Assembly: GCA_965223265.1 (NCBI GenBank)
Contig: OZ244999.1
Location: forward strand, 8,288,001-8,352,000
Reading direction: 5' to 3'
Source of the DNA: Planctomycetota bacterium
GTDB taxonomy: Bacteria > Planctomycetota > UBA8108 > SXIK01
Length of the DNA stretch: 64,000 nt
Below are positions 10,034 to 17,239 of this stretch, piece by piece. A program made the translations under genes and the position numbers. The notes beneath the pieces are model-generated. The model saw nothing but the letters and a program-made list of their open reading frames with translations. It was not told the DNA's origin and ran no database searches. Each line of letters starts with the position of its first letter. The stretch's first letter is position 1.

Positions 10034-13000
10034 CTCTTCCCCAACGCTACAACACAATGACGGCACACCAGCTACCGACCATCGTCGGCTGGCGAACTGT
10101 TCGCATATTCGTTTGCGTTCTCCTTGCCGCTGTCGCCGTCGCTGAATGTTCGCTCATGGCTGAAGATGGCGATGAGAGCGCAGAGCGGTTCTTCGAGAAT
10201 GAAGTCAGACCGCTTCTCTCCCGCGCCTGCTTCGAGTGCCACGGTCCGAAGAAGCAGGAGTCTGGCTTGCGCCTCGACGCGCGCGCTGCGCTTTTGCGCG
10301 GCGGTCAGAGTGGCATGCCTTCGATCGTCCCTGGGCGACCGAGCGAGAGTCTTCTGGTGCAGGCGGTCGAATACAGCGGCGACCTGCAAATGCCTCCCGA
10401 TGGTCAGCTGACCGCGAAAGAGATCGCGGTGCTGCGGCGCTGGGTTGAGATGGGATCACCGTGGGGTGCGGGCGAGACCGAGCAGCTTCGCATCCGCAGC
10501 GGTGAGATCACGGACGCCGAGCGGAGCTTCTGGTCTCTCCAGCCCATCGAGTCCCCCGCCGTGCCGTCGGTTCGCAGCGTCTCTTGGCCCCGCACAACCG
10601 TAGACCGCTTCGTGCTGCGGCGCTTGGAGGAAGCAGGCGTGAAGCCCGTGGCGGCGGCGGACAAACGGACGCTGATCCGTCGGGCCACCTTCGATCTAAC
10701 TGGACTGCCGCCGACCCCGAGCGAGGTCGAGGCGTTTCTTCGCGACTCTTCGGCAGAGGCCTTCGAGACCGTCGTCGAACGGCTGCTCGCCTCGAAAGCG
10801 TATGGCGAGCGCTGGGGGCGCCACTGGCTGGACGTCGTTCGCTATGCCGACACCGCGGGAGAAACGTCTGACTATCCTCTGCCGCAAGCCTTCCGCTACC
10901 GCAACTACGTGATCCACGCATTCAACATCGACAAGCCCTACGATGACTTCATTCGCGAGCAAGTTGCGGGGGACCTCCTGGCCGCGGAGATCGAACATGA
11001 CGTTGGCCGAAGCGAGGAGTACGCGGCACGCCGCACTGCGACCGGGTTTCTCGCGCTCTCGAAGCGATTCGGTTACGATTCCGAAAAATATCACTATCTG
11101 ACTCTTCAAGACACGATCGACACACTTGGTCAAGCCGTGCTCGGTCTGTCCCTCGGCTGCGCCCGCTGTCACGACCACAAGTTCGATCCCGTGTCGATGC
11201 GGGACTATTACGGGCTCTACGGCATCTTCGCGAGCAGCCGTTACTCGTTTGCCGGCTCAGAAGAGAAGAAGAACCGTCGCTCCTATCTGCCGCTCGTCCC
11301 TCCGGCTGCGGCGTTCAACAGACGTCAGGCGTTTGAGTCGCGGGTGGCGTTCCTTGAGAACGAGCTGAGGTCACTGGGGATTGCGAAACTTCGGCCCTTC
11401 GTTCTCGGGTCTCTTGACGACGCCGATGGTGACTTCGAACTTCAAGGCGAGGCGCGCGGTGGTAGCTACGGCGTCCTCGTCGATCCTTGGCGCTCGCTTG
11501 GCCGGCCGCAGATCGAACTTGGGTCACAGAGCCCGTTCACGAACGTCTATCGCTACGGGCGTATGGGGCTCAAGATGCCCGCTGGCGACGGCGGCGCTGA
11601 TGACGAGCACGCCGTCTGGCAGCGGCTTCGCATGGCGCCCGATGTGCAGCGTTCTTCGGAGCTGGTCATGAACCTTGACCTGCGCCTCACCCATGAGGAC
11701 GGCGACGCTCCGGGCGGTTTTCGCATCATGCTTGGAAGTCACGCATCGGGAGCGGCGGCGCTCGAGCTCTTTGTCGGTGGAGTGGATGGCGAGCATGGAC
11801 GCCTTGTGGCGCGCGCCGGCGACGACCCACGAGATGCGGGCGGAGCCGACGGCGCCGATCCGATCCGCGTCGATGTCGACCGGTGGTACAACTTGCAGCT
11901 GAAGCTTGACTTCAAAGCGCGCCGCGCTGACGTGATGGCTAGTGTGCTCGAGGAAGGGATCGTGGCGGGGCAGCGCCGGTCGTTCGAGGTTGATTGGGAA
12001 GGAGCGATCGACACGATTCGTGTCGACGCCGCTGCCGCGGTCGCAGGTGCGCGTCCAGCGCTGGAGCTCGACAACTTCGCCCTGCGCCGGCGCGAGCTCG
12101 CGCCGGCGTCGGAGAAGACAGTGTTCGTCGCACCAGCGGCGCCATCGGTTGGAGTCGGCGACGATCGAGCGGCGACCGAAAGTGAAACCGAAAAGAAGCG
12201 CCAAGAGAAGTTGATTCGGCAGCACAAAGACGAGCTTTATGCTTTGATCGAACGCGGTCCGTATGGCCAGGCCTACGGCATCGCCGAAGGGTTTCCGCAC
12301 GACGCGGCGATTCAGATGCGCGGCGAGCCTGATCGCCGTGGCCGAGTCGTCGGCCGTCGCTGGCTCGAGATCTTGGGGGGCGATGCGATCCGTTCACCTG
12401 CCGAGACGAGCGGCAGGGCGGACCTTGCGATCTGGTTGACGCGGCCGGAGAATCCACTCACCGCCCGCGTCATGGTCAACCGCATCTGGCAGCACCACTT
12501 CGGTGACGGACTCGTCGCGACGGAGAGTGACTTTGGTCAGCGAGGCGCGCCGCCGACGCACCCGCAGCTGCTTGACCACTTGGCGAGCGAGTTCATGCGA
12601 GTCGGCTGGTCGATCAAGGCGATGCATCGCCTGATCATGAACTCTCAGACCTATCAACTCGCGAGCACGCAGGTGGAGGCGAACGTCGCGAAGGATCCTG
12701 ACGTTCGCCTGCTGTGGCGTTTTCGTTCCCGTCGACTCGACGCCGAGTCGATCCGCGATTCGATGCTGGGTCTTAGCGGCCGTCTGGATCGGTCGACCGC
12801 TGGGCCCCACCCGTTTCCCATGATGGCGAAGAAGTTCTATTCGCAGCATGGGCCGTTTCGTGGCGACTACGAGACCCAGCGCCGTAGCGTCTATCTGATG
12901 ACGCAGCGTACGAAACGCCACCCGTTCTTGTCGCTCTTCGACGGCGCCGACCCTGGAGCTCCCACTCCCAAGCGCACAACGACCATTGTCCCGACGCAAT

Positions 13001-13287
13001 CGCTTTTCCTTCTCAACGACCCGTTCGTCCACGAGAGCGCCGCAGGGTTCGCGACTCGCGTGTTCGAAGCCGAGAGCGATTCGGGGCGGCGCGTTCAGCT
13101 GGCCTACGCGATGGCGCTTGGGCGACCCGCCAGCGCTGACGAAATCGAATCCGTACAGCGTTTTCTCGCTTCCTATCGCGGACAACTGGTGGCGTTCTCG
13201 CCCGACAGCCGCGATCATGATCGGGACGCGTTCGCTGCCTTCACGCGCACGCTCTTCTGTCGCAACGAGTTTCTTTTTGTCGAGTAG
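10030..13287 (+). CDS. Second planctomycete cytochrome c + DUF1549/DUF1553 protein
   Basis: FFENEVRPLL..CFECHG, WGRHWLDVVRYADT, CARCHDHKFDP, ARVMVNRIWQHHFG, PTHPQLLDHLA; the start probably overlaps the aroE stop (ATGA). Confidence 0.92.
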   Translation: MTLPQRYNTMTAHQLPTIVGWRTVRIFVCVLLAAVAVAECSLMAEDGDESAERFFENEVRPLLSRACFECHGPKKQESGLRLDARAALLRGGQSGMPSIVPGRPSESLLVQAVEYSGDLQMPPDGQLTAKEIAVLRRWVEMGSPWGAGETEQLRIRSGEITDAERSFWSLQPIESPAVPSVRSVSWPRTTVDRFVLRRLEEAGVKPVAAADKRTLIRRATFDLTGLPPTPSEVEAFLRDSSAEAFETVVERLLASKAYGERWGRHWLDVVRYADTAGETSDYPLPQAFRYRNYVIHAFNIDKPYDDFIREQVAGDLLAAEIEHDVGRSEEYAARRTATGFLALSKRFGYDSEKYHYLTLQDTIDTLGQAVLGLSLGCARCHDHKFDPVSMRDYYGLYGIFASSRYSFAGSEEKKNRRSYLPLVPPAAAFNRRQAFESRVAFLENELRSLGIAKLRPFVLGSLDDADGDFELQGEARGGSYGVLVDPWRSLGRPQIELGSQSPFTNVYRYGRMGLKMPAGDGGADDEHAVWQRLRMAPDVQRSSELVMNLDLRLTHEDGDAPGGFRIMLGSHASGAAALELFVGGVDGEHGRLVARAGDDPRDAGGADGADPIRVDVDRWYNLQLKLDFKARRADVMASVLEEGIVAGQRRSFEVDWEGAIDTIRVDAAAAVAGARPALELDNFALRRRELAPASEKTVFVAPAAPSVGVGDDRAATESETEKKRQEKLIRQHKDELYALIERGPYGQAYGIAEGFPHDAAIQMRGEPDRRGRVVGRRWLEILGGDAIRSPAETSGRADLAIWLTRPENPLTARVMVNRIWQHHFGDGLVATESDFGQRGAPPTHPQLLDHLASEFMRVGWSIKAMHRLIMNSQTYQLASTQVEANVAKDPDVRLLWRFRSRRLDAESIRDSMLGLSGRLDRSTAGPHPFPMMAKKFYSQHGPFRGDYETQRRSVYLMTQRTKRHPFLSLFDGADPGAPTPKRTTTIVPTQSLFLLNDPFVHESAAGFATRVFEAESDSGRRVQLAYAMALGRPASADEIESVQRFLASYRGQLVAFSPDSRDHDRDAFAAFTRTLFCRNEFLFVE

Positions 13288-13300
13288 TCCTTTAATAGCT

Positions 13301-14776
13301 ATGCCGCGATCAGAAACAAAAGACCGAACGCTTTCAGGTGCTGCGCAGCACCCGAACTTCGTTTACGCCAACCGTCGTCAAATGCTCCAGAGCTTTGCCG
13401 GTGGCGTCGGTGCTCTCGCCCTCCGGGGTATGCTCTCCGATCTCGACGCTGGAGAGACGCGAGCGAACGAAGGTGCAGACCGTGCGATCGATCCGTTGGC
13501 ACCGAAGACGACGCACCGAGTGGCGCGCGCGAAGCGTGTCATTTTCTTGTGGATGACCGGTGGCGTGTCGCACGTCGAGTCGTTTGACCCGAAGCCGAAA
13601 CTTGCGCGCGACCATGGTAAGCCAGTCCCGATCGATAACTGGCAGGGACGCCTTGGTACGTTCCGACCGTTTCTGAAGGGGCCTCACTTTGGCTTTCAGC
13701 GTGGCGGAGAGAGTGGCATTCCCGTCAGTGATCTCTTTCCACATGTGCGACGCGTCGTCGACGATCTGTGTGTGATTCGTTCGATGTCGACTGATCACAC
13801 CAATCACTTTGAGAGCACACTCGGGATGCATACCGGGTCGTTCTCATTTGCCAGGCCGAGCCTTGGTGCCTGGGTGAGCTACGGGCTCGGCACCGAGAAC
13901 CGAAACTTGCCTTCGTTTGTCGTCGTCGCACCGAAGGCGCCCTACGCGGGCAACCACGCTTGGGGTGCTGATTTTCTGCCCGGTTGCCATCAGGGCACGC
14001 GGGTTGTCCCAGGCGACGTGCCGATCGCCAACATTCAGCGCCGAACGGCCTCGAGGTTGCAGCAACTCGAGCTCGGGCTGTTGGGCCAGGCCAACGCACA
14101 GCATCGGAGTGAGCGCCCTGGCGAGGCAGCGCTCGAAGCGCAGATCCGCGCCTTTGAGACCGCGTTCGGCATGCAGATCGCCGCTCCCGAGGCGTTCGAT
14201 ATCTCGCGCGAGACCGACGCGACGCTGGGGCTCTACGGACTGGAGCGCGGGCAAACGAGCGGCTACGGCTGGCAGTGTCTCGTCGGCCGGCGGCTGATCG
14301 AGCGCGGTGTTCGTTTCGTCGAGCTCGTCGACTTTGGCAGCTCCGGCGGCAACTGGGATTCCCACGGAGATATGCAAGGTCACGTGCCGAAGGCGCGCTA
14401 CGTCGATCAAGCCATCGCCGGTCTCATCGCCGACCTCAAGGCACGGGGACTCCTGGACGAAACACTTGTGGTTTGGACGACTGAGTTTGGTCGCACACCG
14501 TACAACATGGTGAAGAACCACAAGGGCCGGGAGCATCATCACCAGTGCTTCTCCTCGTGGCTCGCCGGCGGCGGCGTCAAGCCAGGCATCACGTACGGCG
14601 CCACCGACGAGTACGGCATCGATGTCGCGGAGAAGAAGGTGCACGTGCACGATTTCCACGCGACGCTCCTTCACCTCCTCGGTCTCGACCATGAGAGGTT
14701 GACCTACCGCCACGCCGGGCGCGACTTCCGTCTGACCGACGTCTATGGCAAGGTCGTCAAGGACATCCTCGCCTGA
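13301..14776 (+). CDS. Second DUF1501 family protein (Tat-type signal)
   Basis: [52 protein letters not shown]; ATG at 13301 just after the upstream stop. Confidence 0.93.
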   Translation: MPRSETKDRTLSGAAQHPNFVYANRRQMLQSFAGGVGALALRGMLSDLDAGETRANEGADRAIDPLAPKTTHRVARAKRVIFLWMTGGVSHVESFDPKPKLARDHGKPVPIDNWQGRLGTFRPFLKGPHFGFQRGGESGIPVSDLFPHVRRVVDDLCVIRSMSTDHTNHFESTLGMHTGSFSFARPSLGAWVSYGLGTENRNLPSFVVVAPKAPYAGNHAWGADFLPGCHQGTRVVPGDVPIANIQRRTASRLQQLELGLLGQANAQHRSERPGEAALEAQIRAFETAFGMQIAAPEAFDISRETDATLGLYGLERGQTSGYGWQCLVGRRLIERGVRFVELVDFGSSGGNWDSHGDMQGHVPKARYVDQAIAGLIADLKARGLLDETLVVWTTEFGRTPYNMVKNHKGREHHHQCFSSWLAGGGVKPGITYGATDEYGIDVAEKKVHVHDFHATLLHLLGLDHERLTYRHAGRDFRLTDVYGKVVKDILA

Positions 14777-14787
14777 CCTCGAGTTCG

Positions 14788-15102
14788 GAGACAGAAGCAG
14801 AGACAGAAGCAGAGACAGAAGCAGAGACAGAAGCAGAGACAGAAGCAGAGACAGAAGCAGAGACAGAAGCAGAGACAGAAGCAGAGACAGAAGCAGAGAC
14901 AGAAGCAGAGACAGAAGCAGAGACAGAAGCAGAGACAGAAGCAGAGACAGAAGCAGAGACAGAAGCAGAGACAGAAGCAGAGACAGAAGCAGAGACAGAA
15001 GCAGAGACAGAAGCAGAGACAGAAGCAGAGACAGAAGCAGAGACAGAAGCAGAGACAGAAGCAGAGACAGAAGCAGAGACAGAAGCAGAGACAGAAGCAG
15101 AG
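14788..15102. repeat. Perfect 12-bp tandem repeat (GAGACAGAAGCA) x about 26
   Basis: Read directly from the sequence; begins 11 nt after the DUF1501 stop. Confidence 0.97.
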
Positions 15103-15137
15103 CAGCAGAGAAGAGGTGTGCCGCCAAGGGGCGTTTG

Positions 15138-15310
15138 CGGCGGCGGTATTGTCGAGCGTAACCGAAGCAGAGCCGGCCTCAAGGGTGCCCTCGCTGCGCT
15201 CGGCGCTTCGCGCCCTTGACCCCGACTCTGCTTCCGTTGGCGGGGGTGAAACGCCGCCGCGTCGGGCGTGCGGCGAGAGTTTCACTCAACCGGTTGACCG
15301 GAGTCTTCTC
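15138..15310. other. Conserved structured non-coding leader, copy 1
   Basis: Shares CGGCGGCGGT(A/C)TTGTCGAGCGTA, a 42-nt core (15179-15220; 41/42 identical) and a GGGTG...GCCGC...GCGGC...TTCACTC hairpin with 16436-16602 (reverse strand). Long stem GAAGCAGAG...TCAAGGG / CCCTTGA...CTCTGCTTC. Confidence 0.85.
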
Positions 15311-15634
15311 ATGGGCTTTCTCGCTTTGGATCACTCTGTTGGCATCGTTCGTCAGTTGCGTCCGCTTGTCTCGCGTGTGCGTCGTCACGACTCGAAGCTT
15401 GCCGCTCAGCTGCGCGACGCGGGGTCCTCCGTGGCGCTGAATTTGGGCGAGGGCAATCGGCGCTCTGGTCGTGACCGCGGGCATCTCTGGCGTGTTGCTT
15501 CAGGCAGTGCCGAAGAGGTGCGTACGGCGCTCCGTGTTGCTGAGGCTTGGGGCTACGTCGATGCGCAGGAGACAGCTCCGGTGCTTGCGGACATCGACGA
15601 GCTGCAGGCGATGCTTTGGAAGCTGACGCGCTGA
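15311..15634 (+). CDS. Four-helix-bundle protein (23S rRNA IVP / Avd-like family), 107 aa
   Basis: MGFLALD...QLRDAGSSVALNLGEG...HLWRVASGSAEEV...AWGY matches the family signature QxxRAxxSxxxNxxEG and AxGSxxE; GGAG RBS before ATG 15311. Confidence 0.88.
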   Translation: MGFLALDHSVGIVRQLRPLVSRVRRHDSKLAAQLRDAGSSVALNLGEGNRRSGRDRGHLWRVASGSAEEVRTALRVAEAWGYVDAQETAPVLADIDELQAMLWKLTR

Positions 15635-15641
15635 GGTTGCG

Positions 15642-15685
15642 GTCTTGGGCCCGCCGTGCCTTTTTTGGCGCGGCGGGTTTGAGGC
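15642..15685 (+). terminator. GC-rich hairpin directly downstream of four-helix gene 1
   Basis: CCCGCCGTGCC-TTTTTT-GGCGCGGCGGG stem-loop, extendable with G-U pairs; only a short T run follows, so function as an intrinsic terminator is uncertain. Confidence 0.55.
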
Positions 15686-15689
15686 GGGG

Positions 15690-16056
15690 GAGAGGCAGAA
15701 CCGGAGTCAGAGACAGACCCGACAGTTGCATAAGTTTTCGCAGGAAGGGCTCAGAAACCCTTTCCCTGAGGTTCGATCGGCAGTTGAGGGACGTCGTGGC
15801 GGACCTCACGTTTGGTGCCGTGTTCCCCTCGCCCACGCACACCCACACGCAGACGTACACGCAAACTCTCACTCAATCGCAATCGCGCACGGTCTTAAGG
15901 CGCGTCTCTTTTGCAACGTTGGGGACAGAGACGGAATCAGAGACGGATGACGGATAGAGATACAGAACCAGATGACAGAGTCAGCGACAGACACAGATAC
16001 AGATGCAGAGCCAGAGACGGACTCGGATGACGGAGACAGGGCCAGATACAGAAGTC
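15690..16056. repeat. Three degenerate hexamer-periodic tracts (about 15690-15720, 15829-15891, 15921-16056)
   Basis: AGAGGC AGAACC GGAGTC AGAGAC AGACCC; ACGCAC ACCCAC ACGCAG ACGTAC ACGCAA ACTCTC ACTCAA TCGCAA; AGAGAC GGAATC AGAGAC ... AGATAC AGAACC ... AGAGTC AGCGAC AGACAC AGATAC AGATGC AGAGCC AGAGAC GGACTC. Confidence 0.8.
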
Positions 16057-16058
16057 GC

Positions 16059-16108
16059 AGGCGCCGTGAGCAGCGCCCGCTACGAAAGTAGCGGGCGCTT
16101 GGGCGCCT
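16059..16108 (-). terminator. Strong hairpin directly downstream of four-helix gene 2
   Basis: Perfect AGCGCCCGCTAC-GAAA-GTAGCGGGCGCT (16072-16099) enclosed by AGGCGCC/GGCGCCT; no U tract. Confidence 0.55.
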
Positions 16109-16111
16109 CGC

Positions 16112-16435
16112 TCAGCGCGTGAGTCCGCTGAGAAGAGCTAGGAGTCGATCGAGGGTCTGGAGAGGCACTGAGACTTCTTCGGCCTTGAGATCGCCCCAGG
16201 CCACCGAGAGCTGCAGGGCAGTCTCGACTTCCCGGGCACTGCCGCGGGCAACGCGATAGAGGTGCAGCCGATCCTTTCCAGCGCGCTCGGCACCCTCCGA
16301 GAGATTGAGCGCGACGGAAGAAGCAGCCCGCCGAATCTGCCGATGGAGATCGGGATCAAGCCTCCGAAGCCGCAGCAATGGAGCCCGCAAGTCGCGAATC
16401 AAACCGAGACTGACATCAAGAGCGATGAAGCGCAT
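16112..16435 (-). CDS. Four-helix-bundle protein (23S rRNA IVP / Avd-like family), 107 aa, paralog of 15311-15634
   Basis: MRFIALD...QIRRAASSVALNLSEG...HLYRVARGSAREV...AWGD; GGAGG RBS; gapless alignment to copy 1 gives 57/107 identities by manual count. Confidence 0.88.
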   Translation of the reverse strand: MRFIALDVSLGLIRDLRAPLLRLRRLDPDLHRQIRRAASSVALNLSEGAERAGKDRLHLYRVARGSAREVETALQLSVAWGDLKAEEVSVPLQTLDRLLALLSGLTR

Positions 16436-16602
16436 GGGAGACCTCCGCAGAACGTAGAGTGAACAGCTCCGCCGCATCCGGGCGGCGGTACTCCACCCCC
16501 CGACGCGGAGCGGAGTGGGTGTCAAGGGCGCGCAGCGCCGAGCGCAGCGAGGGCACCCTTGACGCCCGCGAGCACCGCGTACGCTCGACAAGACCGCCGC
16601 CG
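16436..16602. other. Conserved structured non-coding leader, copy 2
   Basis: Reverse-complement homolog of 15138-15310; core GTCAAGGGCGCGCAGCGCCGAGCGCAGCGAGGGCACCCTTGA at 16521-16562. Confidence 0.85.
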
Positions 16603-16616
16603 TACGGTGACCCCAA

Positions 16617-16755
16617 CCCACACGGCCTCCCACACGGCCTCCCACACGGCCTCCCACACGGCCTCCCACACGGCCTCCCACACGGCCTCCCACACGGCCT
16701 CCCACACGGCCTCCCACACGGCCTCCCACACGGCCTCCCACACGGCCTCCCACAC
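16617..16755. repeat. Perfect 12-bp tandem repeat (CCCACACGGCCT) x about 11.5
   Basis: Read directly from the sequence. Confidence 0.97.
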
Positions 16756-16781
16756 CCACGGGAACGGCCGACGCGCACGCC

Positions 16782-16817
16782 GACAAGGCCGGACGGCACA
16801 CGGCGTGTGCCTGCCAC
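16782..16817 (-). repeat. REP copy embedded between the tandem arrays
   Basis: Reverse complement GTGGCAGGCACACGCCGTGTGCCGTCCGGCCTTGTC matches the REP at 2176, including its flank. Confidence 0.85.
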
Positions 16818-16831
16818 GTTGAAGAGGCGCG

Positions 16832-16992
16832 CACCCACTCCCACACGGACTCCCCCTCCCACGCCCACGCCCACTCCCCCTCCCACGCCCCCTCCCACTC
16901 CCCCTCCCACTCCCCCTCCCACTCCCCCTCCCACTCCCCCTCCCACTCCCCCTCCCACTCCCCCTCCCACTCCCACTCCCCCTCCCACTCCC
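16832..16992. repeat. C-rich 6/12-bp tandem repeat (CCCACTCCCCCT-like; G-quadruplex-prone on the minus strand)
   Basis: ACTCCC/CCTCCC/ACGCCC hexamers; the minus strand reads (GGGAGGGGGAGT)n. Confidence 0.93.
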
Positions 16993-17114
16993 ACGCAAAC
17001 GCAAACGCAAACGCAAACGCAAACGCAAACGCAAACGCAAACGCAAACGCAAACGCAAACGCAAACGCAAACGCAAACGCAAACGCAAACGCAAACGCAA
17101 ACGCAAACGCAAAC
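16993..17114. repeat. Perfect hexamer repeat (ACGCAA) x20
   Basis: Read directly; in register with the preceding C-rich array. Confidence 0.97.
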
Positions 17115-17239
17115 AGAGTGTTTGCCGCTTTGGCACGCCGAATGACGAAACTCCAGCTATCCCGGCCTCACCACCCCGTGAAGAGACCTAGTTCGGCTCA
17201 AACACTCAAGGATCTGTGTTGCGTTCGCCTGGCTGTGGA

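Noticed and set aside
14745-15285. ORFs through the 12-mer array (poly-RDRS, LLSL, CFCL, SASV)
   Set aside because: The unit has no stop codon in any frame, so long ORFs are automatic; no RBS or other coding evidence.
15116-15310. N-terminal extensions of the four-helix proteins (172-aa and 244-aa ORF calls) and in-frame readthrough from DUF1501
   Set aside because: The shared leader translates in frame with gene 1 but out of frame with gene 2; both genes have an RBS and aligned ATGs giving 107 aa.
15725-15917. GTTGCATAAG / CTTTTGCAAC as terminal inverted repeats of an internal mini-element
   Set aside because: Only a 9/10 match, with no target duplication and no second copy.
14788-17114. 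CRISPR array or complete DGR/retron
   Set aside because: No unique spacers or cas genes, no reverse transcriptase motif, and no TR/VR pair differing at adenines was seen in the window.
16416-17145. Low-complexity ORFs (GLPH, PPPT, TQ, WEAV, RL, CGRP repeats)
   Set aside because: Artefacts of stop-free repeats; they overlap the non-coding leader and the REP.
14775-17196. GACCT(CG)AGTTCGG at 14775-14788 and GACCTAGTTCGG at 17185-17196 as a target-site duplication of the whole locus
   Set aside because: Needs a 2-nt indel and is short enough to be chance; an empty-site allele would be required.
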